A DNA stretch of 64,000 nt from the NCBI GenBank assembly GCA_025786725.1, contig JAHLTZ010000015.1, positions 434,001 to 498,000 on the forward strand, read 5' to 3'. The position numbers were made by a program, and so were the translations under genes. The notes under the pieces are model-generated. The model saw only the letters and a program-made list of their open reading frames with translations. It was not told the origin of the DNA and did not search any database. Of this stretch, positions 40,727 to 50,704 are shown in pieces; positions within the stretch are counted from its first letter, which is position 1, and every line of letters begins with the position of its first letter. This stretch comes from Syncephalis fuscata S228. Its lineage: Eukaryota > Fungi > Zoopagomycota.

Positions 40727-42092
40727 TTATACTATCAGTGCCGATACATATATAAAATATTATGCGATTAGCGTATAAGTTAACATTATATAACTCTACT
40801 TACTGGCTATTAATACAAGTCATCAAACACACAAAGTGCACGGTATATATTTAGCGCATAGACAATTAATATATAATAGCACTTACTAGCTGTTAATACA
40901 AGTTATTAAATACAAAATGTGCGGTATATGTTTAGTGCATAGTCAATTAATATACAATACCACCTACCAGCTATTAATACAAGTCATTAAACACATAAAG
41001 TGCATGGTATATATTTAGTGTATAGTCAACCAATATACAATACTACTTACGGCCTATCAATACAAGGGATCAAATACAAAATGTACGGTATATAATTAGC
41101 CTATAGTTAATTAATATAGTACCACTTACGAGCTATCAATACAAAGGATCAAATACAAAAGGCACGGTATATATTTAGTGTATAATCAATTAGTATACAA
41201 TACTACTTACGGCCTATTAATACAAGGGATCAAATACAAAATGTACGGTATATATTTAGTGCATAGTCAATTAATATACAATACTACTTACCACCTATTA
41301 ATACAAGTCATTAAACACATAAAGTGCACGGTATATATTTAGTGTATAGTCAATTAGTATACAATACTACTTACGGCCTATTGATACAATTCATCAAATA
41401 CAAAATGTATGGTATATGTTTAATGTATAGTCAATTAATATACAATACCACTTACGATCTATTAATACAGTCACCAACCATACACGATTAATGATATATG
41501 TTTAGTGCGTAGTTAATTGGTATACAATACCACTTACCAACTATTAATACGAGTTATCAAACACCAAAGTGCACAGTATATATTTAGTGTATAATTAATA
41601 AATGTACAATGTCACTTACGAGCTATTAATACAAGTTATTAAATACAAAATGTGCGATATATATTTAGTGCATAATTAATTAGTTATTCTTATTGCTATT
41701 TACCTCCTATTAGTATAGATAGGCAATATTAGTATCAGCAATATAATTTTGTTTTATATTAAACCTACTTTTAGCCAATGGTGCTATTTTATTTATTTTA
41801 CATTAAAAACAACAATTAATTATTGTGCCAATAACTATGTGCAATCAACACTTACCAACTATTTGCCATGTCCATTATTTGTATAACATACGGTAAGCAC
41901 TGGAACAATGATCCCTAATCACAACTTACCGGCTAATACCATCGTTGGTTGAACATAGTGTTAGTAAACATATCAAATTTATTATGACTACAACATACCA
42001 CGACGAACCAAAGTTGGCTTAGCATCCACCATGGCTGTACTGGCTACAAGGGCCACGAGGACGGTGCAGACGACGGCAATAAAAAGCTTCAT
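40727..42092 (-). CDS. Micro-exon gene encoding a 51-aa secreted Kex2-processed peptide precursor: MKLFIAVVCTVLVALVASTAMVDAKPTLVRRAVAPLAKRALDRRGPRPATI
   Basis: Minus-strand exons: 42092-41999 (94 nt); 41932-30 CCG; 41858-56 TTG; 41783-69 CACCATTGGCTAAAA; 41706-04 GAG; 41622-20 CTC; 41540-38 TTG; 41458-56 ATC; 41377-75 GCC; 41294-92 GTG; 41213-11 GCC; 41132-30 CTC; 41053-51 GCC; 40970-68 CTG; 40889-87 CTA; 40806-04 CCA; 40731-27 TATAA. All 16 introns are 62-81 nt, start GTA(A/G/T) and end YAG, and are phase 1. Total 156 nt = 51 codons plus stop. Confidence 0.85.
40790..41690. repeat. Tandem array of about 11 units of 79-84 bp; each unit is one intron plus one 3-nt exon
   Basis: Recurring + strand pattern AC(T/C)TAC-NNN-CT(A/G)T(T/C)AATACAA...TATATTTAGTG.ATAGTCAATTAATATACAATAC; periods 83,81,83,79,81,81,83,81,82,82,84. 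Confidence 0.95.
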
Positions 42093-42231
42093 GGTGAGAT
42101 TGATTTGTTAAGACAAACAAGTAGAGTGAACGACAGAGTATGTCAAGTGCAAAGTAGGCAGAGTGAGTATTTGGCAGAAAGCAGAATGTGATGATGATAC
42201 TGCTGGTTAGTTGTGTGTATTTTGTGGGCTA

Positions 42232-42237
42232 TTTATA
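42232..42237 (-). promoter_or_regulatory. Putative TATA box of the micro-exon gene
   Basis: TATAAA on the minus strand about 140 bp upstream of the ATG at 42092. Confidence 0.4.
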
Positions 42238-42513
42238 TTAATATTTATTTTGAAGCACCAGCAATGTATCCTATAGAATATACCATTGAATACAGTGTAA
42301 ACCAATAAAATGTATTGATATGACGATTTAGCAGGCATGGATGAATAACTGTAGTGTGCATTCTATACGTGCAATGGTAGTCTTCAAAGGTATTCACATG
42401 ATGATTTGAAGTATGCGTATAGCAATGTACTAATGACATGCTAATGTGCAACCATGCCCTTGATTCAACCTGTTTGGCTTTTGCTCAGATGACGCGGCGA
42501 ACCTAACCACCTG

Positions 42514-43203
42514 GTACATCTATGGTAGAAATTCGTGTACTATTCTTTACAATATCGTACATGGTTTGACATGTAATGCAAACCAATCCATTGATTCTAT
42601 AGAAGCATAATGATACGCCTTGTGTTCTTGCTATTGCTTTTACCGAAAAATTAATCCCCAGCTTGACCGTAAGACGCAAACTGAAACAACTGGTTTACAG
42701 AAATAATGATGCTCCGTTGTTGTTTCTTTACTTTAACCTGCTTACCATTTGCACAAAGGACCCGACAATCTCAATCATTCAGTACACCTATGGTAGAAAT
42801 CGTGTACTATTCTTTACAATACGTACATGGTTTGAACATGTAATGCAAACCAATCCATTGATTCTATAGAAGCAATAATGATACGCATTTGTGTTCTTGC
42901 TATTGCTTTTACCGAAAAATTAATCCCCAACTTGACCGTAAGACGCAAACTGAAACAATGGTTTTACAGAAATAATGATGCTCCGTTGTTGTTTCTTTAC
43001 TTTAACCTGCTTACCATTTGCACAAAGGACCCGACAATCTCAATCATTCAGTACATCTATGGTAGAAATCCATGTACTAATATTTACTGTACTGTGCATG
43101 ATTTGACCATACAATACAAACTGAGTCTATTGGTTCTATAGAAGCAGTAGTAACACAACAATGTGTTTTGCTGTTGCTTTTACCGAAACATTTTAATCCC
43201 CAA
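42514..43203. repeat. Direct tandem repeat of ~269-bp units (two near-identical, one partial and diverged)
   Basis: GTACA(T/C)CTATGGTAGAAAT starts at 42514, 42782 and 43051; the duplicated ORF text LTVRRKLKQ...DPTISIIQY appears twice in the track. Confidence 0.92.
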
Positions 43204-43880
43204 TATTTGCATCCTTTCAAACTGCGCATAACTCGTAAGATAGTGCATTGCCTTTGAACAAACCCCGATATAATCTTTTTGTGGAATTAGGTCTGTTTTG
43301 ACACCAAACTGCATTCTCTTCATTTTATAGATGACTACAAGGTTTATTAATAGCGGTAAATAAAAGCTATTTATTATTCTTTCAAACTGCACAACACATA
43401 TACAAAAGCAACATTAATAAATTGAGTTTCTTTACATACCTATAATGTTGTGCATAAGCCAGTTACAATGATTAAATCATGCAATATATTGGTTGGTTCA
43501 TGTGACCATTCTACTTGCCATTGCAGCTTAGCTACAAGAATTACCAATTTATTTTTAGCGTTGTATTATTAATCATTAATACAGGCCTTATCGCTATCAG
43601 TCAATTCCTGTTATTAATTATCGGCTGCTGCGTAATGGTATTCCCGATAATGAAGCATTGGGCTCGAGTATTGATGTTGTTAATTAATTGATTATAAAGT
43701 AATGTAAAGACACTAAAATTTATTTATCAGACATTTTAGTTGAATATATGTCTATTATTGCTAAAATGGATAGTTTAATTGTGTTTGTATTTAATGATTA
43801 ACCATAACGTATCAATGGCTACAAAAAAACTTTTTTAATTAAAATAAAATTAAATTATAATAGCGATAGCATTAAATAAA

Positions 43881-45326
43881 CTAAACATGTGTACTGTAGA
43901 ATATTACTACGGAATACGTATGAGCAATTACGTGGTCATTTGTCGGCATCTCTTTTTGTAGATTTATGTAAACTAGTTGATACTGCCTAGCTCTTGATAT
44001 TTTGATTGTATCACACCGGAAAGCATTAAGCCATCGTTGAGGATGTTGATTAAGATCCATGGGCACCGGTATCGCTGGATCAAACAATAACAGATATTGA
44101 GTTCCATTTGCCAGTTGCTCCAGACCTACAATACAACGGCTATGTCCTGTAAACAGCTGTATTAATGCCCATTGCTTCAATAACCAATAATACAATACCT
44201 TGATGTTGCAAGTAAAGAGGTGGCTTTTGTGTATAGTAGATCCTGTTGATGGTTGAGCGCTGTGATAAAGGATGATTGTCTACATCAAAATATTTCTGGA
44301 CTACACAAAATGGTTCATCATGTTGTCCTCGAGGACCATTTGGACAATGAAAGTCAATAATATGGCATCTAGTGACAATATTAATATTAGTAATCTTTTC
44401 GATTGAACACTGCTTACTTGACACCAATATATGAAAAAAACGTGTACATCTCCGTGGCTCCAATCCATTTGCTTGTTCCTTGTAAATAATAGCCAAGTTG
44501 TTGCGCGCCTGCCATATCCCAACCTATTATTGAGCTGTTTAATGCTGAGCGTAGATTGATTGTCTTTGTGTACCTACCCTGTTGCCATGCTTCCTCGATA
44601 TGCCGTTGGATTCCTAATATTTCCATTACATGGGATATTCGCTCGGGGCATAGTGATACCAGTACAGACATAAGCATTTGTATATCACAATAGCCACAGC
44701 CCCAACACTGATCTTGACGGCCACTAGGAATGTGCACTATACCAGTATGACATAGATTTGCTGAGTCTATCAATCATTGTTGCATTACTGGCAGCACACC
44801 TAGTAGCATATAAATATAAACATTAAAGTCTAGCAATTAACATTTTGTTGCCGCTCTGCCTACCTAACTGTCCACAACATTCACAGAGATGAACAGTGGA
44901 TTTTGATGAAGATACTTGTTCTGAATCTTGTTTAGTTTTATTATCTTGTGCTGTAAATGCATCTCAACATGGAGTTCACGTTCATGCAATGATTCTGTTA
45001 GTGCAAGCTAACATACTGGACATTCAGATATTAAAGCATTGCAAGCATCTTCTGTGGTTATTATGTCACCCATCATTGATTCTATAATGTTAAATTAATC
45101 ATTAAACCAAGTGCAATACAATTATATACTATTCCATTAGTAGTTTTAGAATTCTACTGACCAGAAATTATGGTATCATTATAGTCTGGGTCGTTGGAAT
45201 GCTCGTTAGCATGGTGGAGAAAAGCCGGTTTATTTCTTAAAAATCAAACTGACATACAGGACATTGCCGCCTATCGCTAGCCTCATCGGTATTATTGAAA
45301 TAAAAATGCTTATGCCAATCATCCAT
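43881..45326 (-). pseudogene. Peptidase C78 family (ZUP1/Mug105-like deubiquitinase) with an N-terminal zinc finger, probably disabled
   Basis: DQCWGCGYCDIQML (family GWGCGYRN), KWIGATEMY, PPLYLQHQG|HSRCIVG, LLLFDP; N-terminal CPVC...HANEH broken by a frameshift; in-frame TGA at 44776-44774. Confidence 0.7.
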
Positions 45327-45995
45327 GGTTACTCTTCTTGATATTATCGCAATTATATACAAACTAAAAAATTAAGTTAATGTAATACTTCATTTTGAAC
45401 GCTGCAATAGTTGTACTAGTATGTTGAATTGTAGTCGAAGGGAATAAGAGTGTGATATAGGTCATAGAATATGGCCAAAATATCCCATTCTAAATCAATA
45501 AATATATAGACTTCAATAAAAATAAAAGGTTTGAAATATTGGTTTACAACCAATATCCAGTATAAATAATACTGTGTTACTATTGCAATTACTGCGCGTC
45601 TTTTTGTCTTACTTTTTTCTTTTTTATATTAAAACTAATCAACTATATTATTGTAAATAATATAACTAATTATCTATAGTAATTTTCAAAAGTTTCGTGT
45701 TTTTATCTTTATTTTCAGATCATGACAATATAAACAATGAGATTATAGATTGTTAATGTTAGCTTGATCAATGTATTAATAATATTATCATTATTATCAA
45801 ATTAAAAAACAATTAATTATTTACCAAATAATTAATTTCATATATAATTTATTATAGCAAATTATAGTTATATACAAATCTATACTCATTTAACGCGTAG
45901 TAAATCTTGAAATATTTATTTATTGAAAAATTATAACTATTTTCGTGTAGGTTACTAATGAGTTACATCGTCGCCGAATACTCTTTAGCTAAAGA

Positions 45996-48900
45996 TTACG
46001 ACTTAATATCGCCAAATGCATCTTCAAATCCAAGCGGTGTATCGTCTTTAGCTCCTGGCAAATCAAATGCCTTATCAACATCCTCTTTTGAATGAGGTTG
46101 TATCGCGGATCCATGAGACGGCGATTCAAGTAGTACAGATGAATCGACCGGTAGTGTGGAGGGTAGACCACCGGGCAGGGCAGGGAATCGTGATTCAAAA
46201 TCATTATCAGTGTCTTCAATAGTAACACTACCGGATCGTTTTGGTACTGGCTCATCCGAGGCTGACTTGTTTGCTGGTGGTACTATTGCCCACTCACTTC
46301 CCTTTTCGCTACCATCGACTATATCCGATCCAGGCAGTGAGGCCGATGCAATTGATCGACGCGAACCAGGAGGACTTGGTGCTGGACGTCTTCCAGTTAT
46401 TTTAGTCGATGTAGGTGTACTGGTGGGTGGTGTAGAGAATGTGTCAAATCCAAAATCAGCATTTTTAAATGCTGTATCAAAGTCGAATGGCTTTCTAACT
46501 GTGTTCCGGCTTGAGGTGGTCGATGCACTTGCTGGCTGGTCCATATCACCAAATAAAGCATCAAATTCGTTGGGTAAGGTCTCAGTACGTAGCATAGAAG
46601 GAACAGGCTTGCTAGATGACGCTGAGAAAAGATTAGCAGAAGCGCTTGGGCCAGTACCGGCATTAGAGCCAGTGCCCGGCGAGCTTTTATGACTAAGAGG
46701 CAATGGTACAGCAGCGGCAATTTCTACTGGATCACCAAAGGCTGCAGCTAGATCAAATGCATTGATGCCAGTATTGTCAGGCTCTTTGGCACTATCTGAT
46801 AATGCCCGTGGTGATGTTCCTTTAAACGAGTCTTCAAATCCAGCAAATGGATCATCAAAGTTTGGTGCGGATACAGCAGATTGTGCTGGTGAACTAATAC
46901 CTAAACCAATGCCATCTCGCAGTTGCTCCTTCTCCTTTTCTGCCTTATCAATGGACTGCCGATTGGCATCAAGTAAAGCAGATGCTAAACGAGCATCTTT
47001 CCGTATACCTACTAAATCCGTGCGCAATCGCTCAAGCTCTTCGTTAGCATCGCGAAGACGCTTTCGAATATCTGCACTCTCTTCTCTATCACGCAATAGC
47101 TGAGCTTCTAAATCCGACTTTTCTTTGCGTGCCAATAATAGCTCGTGTTCTGCGTCCATAACTTCAGTACGCTCTTGTTCAAGCTGCTTTGTATCGGCAG
47201 CAAATGAAGTACGAATTTCATTAAGCGTTTTTGATTCAGCTGCGTACAGTGATTTCAATTGAGCCAGTTGAACACTTAGATCACGACGTTCAATAGCAAT
47301 CTTTTGCGCGTCAGCTTCTTCCACAGCTCGTTGCTGTTTAATCACTTCATTTTCTCGCTGTTGTTCAGCAATTTCTCGCTGTAATCGACGAATATCAGCA
47401 AACTTTGAATCTGCTTCGTTAGCAGTGGCACCTGTATTGTCATTCATGTTAAGTGAAGGAGAAGTAGAAACAGTGGTAGCGGGTTGTTTGCCTTTTTCAT
47501 CAACAATTATATCCTCGGCATGGATATCAAACAAATCACCCATTGGCTCTGGAGCTAATAATCATTTTGTCAATAGTTAATTACTTTTTGTCATTTAATC
47601 TTACATTTAGTCTGTGTTGCACTCATAGGTTCAATAGGAGTAGAGAAAAGATCCATTAATGCTTCAGGATAATTTGGTTTGGCTGGGGCAGGAATGCTGC
47701 CACGACGAATAGCATTCGATGCAAATGCCATATCATTCGTATTAAACGGATCTGATATTGGCATAGGTACATTGGAGCCACCTAATCAGTTCATGTTAGT
47801 TATTGCCATCTTTAAATATATTTAAAATTTACGTCGCACTGGCATGGTAGCACTTCCACTGTTACCCTGGAATAAATTGGGATCAAATGGCCCTGTAATT
47901 CATGTTAATAAACACTATTTACACTCTCTTTACTTACCAAGTACTGGTGTAGATGATGTGGTACGCATAGAAGGTGGAATTAAACTATTTGGCAAAGTGG
48001 GCGGCAAAGCTTGACCACGTAGCTGACGGTGAATTAAATGCATAGCCACAGCAAATTCATCTTGTGTTAATCGACCCGATTTTTTTACATCAGCCAAATC
48101 CCTAAATAATCAATTAGTAAATGTGTCGTATTTATCTTTAAACTACTCACCAAATATGTGCAAGTACATTTTCGGGTAATTTTGAATTTAAAAAGAATCT
48201 TACAGCCTCATCACCTATTATTATTTTATAAGATATTATCCACTAATTGTTAGTTAATTACTTACCACCAATAAATCCCCGCTTTCCCGGATCTAAACCA
48301 TCAAAATAACGACCGAATGTTGATTGTTGTTCTGGAGTCACATCCCATGCCATATTATTTGTATTAGCACTAGTATCAGGTGGAAATATACCGGGTCGTG
48401 TCTCGTTATTTTGATTTGATACTGCGCGTGACATAGTCATAGAGCCACTAGCTATCGAACGTTCAGAAGGAGTGTGGTAGCGTGATAGAGTACCAACTGA
48501 TACTGGATGTACAGCCGGTGATCCACTCATTGAATTTGGCACTGGTGTCGATGCACTTGTTGGCGTCGTTAATGGCGTACCTGGATAAAAGCCATTGGGC
48601 AATTTACCTGGTAGTTGTTTCAAACTACCGTCCATTGTATGTTGAATAAGATACATGGCAATTGTAAACTCGTGTACATCAAGTCGACCACGATTATGTG
48701 TATCTGCCAATGTCCTATGTTTAAATTTAGTAATTAAGTCACTTAATAGACGCTGATACATACCAGATTTGACCCAATTTTTCCATTGGTAATTTTGATT
48801 TCATAAAAATAGCTTTGGCTCGTTCACCTATTATTATTATTATTATTATTATTATGTAATTATGTAATTAATTACCATCTAATTCACCAGTAACTGGTTG

Positions 48901-49704
48901 ACAACTGGCAAACATTCGAGCAAATTTACTACGAGCCTCGGGTCCAATTGGGTCATTAATCGATGGCAAAGGAGACGCCATTGCTGGTCGTAGAGAAGGT
49001 GATTGCATAGCAGAACCTGAAGGAGTACTAATCATTACACCAACGCTGCTTGGACCAGCTGGTAAACTTGATGGCGGCAATGGTGTAGGTACATTTAATA
49101 GATTTCTTTTTTGATCAGAAGTATCGTATGGCTCAAGGTATAAATCGCCAAATATTGGTAATGATGCCTCTATTATACATATCGTTAGATAAATAACTAC
49201 TGCAACAGTATCTAGTATGTGTATTACCAGCATTGAGATTCCCTATGGTGGCAGAACGACCATCTTGTGCTAAAGCAATTAGCTTCAGTGCAATGTTGAA
49301 TTGTGCTTGTGACAATACGCCACGATCTTCATAGTCGGCAAGTTGCCAAATCTATTTGTATATAGTCGTAATAATGGTGGTAGGTGCGTTTTAGTGCGGA
49401 GTTCTTAATAATATACACAAAACTCGACTGGCTTCTTACCTCGCCAAGTACACTAGCCGGCAATTTAGATTTCTGAAGAAATTGCACTGCTTTCTGTCCA
49501 TGAAGAGCCCCTTGGCGATCGCTATCGGCATAACTAAATAGCTGTGCGTAGATATGCTCCTCCTCAGGTGTTAACTGAAGCATGCCACCACCTGCCAGTA
49601 TATACATTATATTAAGTATTAGTTATCCATAGGCAGGCAGGGCATTATTTACCTAAGGACGCTGACGGCATACCACGTACCGTACCGGCACGGTTAAGCG
49701 ACAT
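45996..49704 (-). CDS. EH-domain endocytic adaptor (Ede1/Eps15-like): three EH domains, coiled coil, Ser/Pro-rich tail
   Basis: [10 protein letters not shown]|[46 protein letters not shown]; long coiled coil; DPF motifs. Confidence 0.9.
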
Positions 49705-50704
49705 GGTCGATAGAAGTGTACACTACACACGATATGCAGTAGTGACTACCGAGAGATGACAGACCAATCCGTCGTAGAGTATAAGTCGATAATAAACGAG
49801 TAAACGTAGATGAATAAAGGGATGAGCAGCTAATAAGTAGTAGGAATAGTAGGAGAAACCGTAGTGACAGTGATAAGCGGGTGTGATAAGTATGGCTGTG
49901 ACGCGTAGATACGAAGAAGAAAGGAATTATAGACGAGTTGTCGCCAGGTCAGGTTCAAGAGACAATAAATTTGAATAATAAGAATGGGAACTATAGATTT
50001 GCCACAACAACATACTGCTTATATCCATCTATTCATCGTACACATGTAAACAGTCCTTTAGTTGTTAGCTTGCACTTGTTGCCAGTTGAAAACCATGCGG
50101 CACTTTTACCCACGCGCTACCTTGCGCAAGACTATTCATGCTTATATGGCAGACATGCTAGCGATTATCGATATTTGTCTGCCAGCAAGCAGTATGGCTA
50201 TCTAACCAGTCTGAACTAAAACATCGTGCAATATAGAACAATCTATGGTTCTTTGGACAGTTTTACTGCAAAGGCATTGCTGTTGGCAAGTTTGCCTTGA
50301 TCAAATGTGTTATTTAAACAATGGTTGTTTAGGTTGAACGTAATAATAAGCGTGGTACTAGATCAAACTAAAATAAATATAGACAAGCTACGTAAAATTA
50401 CTAATATCTTGATAAAAAAAATTAACAATAAAGAACATTAACATTATAAAAGTAATTTATGATTGCTGAAATAGCATGGTTCAGTTTATTTATAATATTG
50501 TAAATAGTATATCGATATACTTGGCAACAAACAGCGTATTATATCTATTTATAAAACTATATCTGTAAATAAGTTGTTTTTATATAAATAAAAAGGCTAA
50601 AACTATTTACAATCAATGATGTGATTCTATCAAAGTGACACTAATTGTTTTAATAATTTTTTAATTATTATGAATTCATAACTTTTTACAAAAATTCTTA
50701 CACA

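Noticed and set aside
40790-41690. CRISPR array or simple satellite
   Set aside because: The context is eukaryotic with no cas genes, and the variable part is only 3 nt. It is bounded by AG and GT splice signals, so introns plus micro-exons explain it better.
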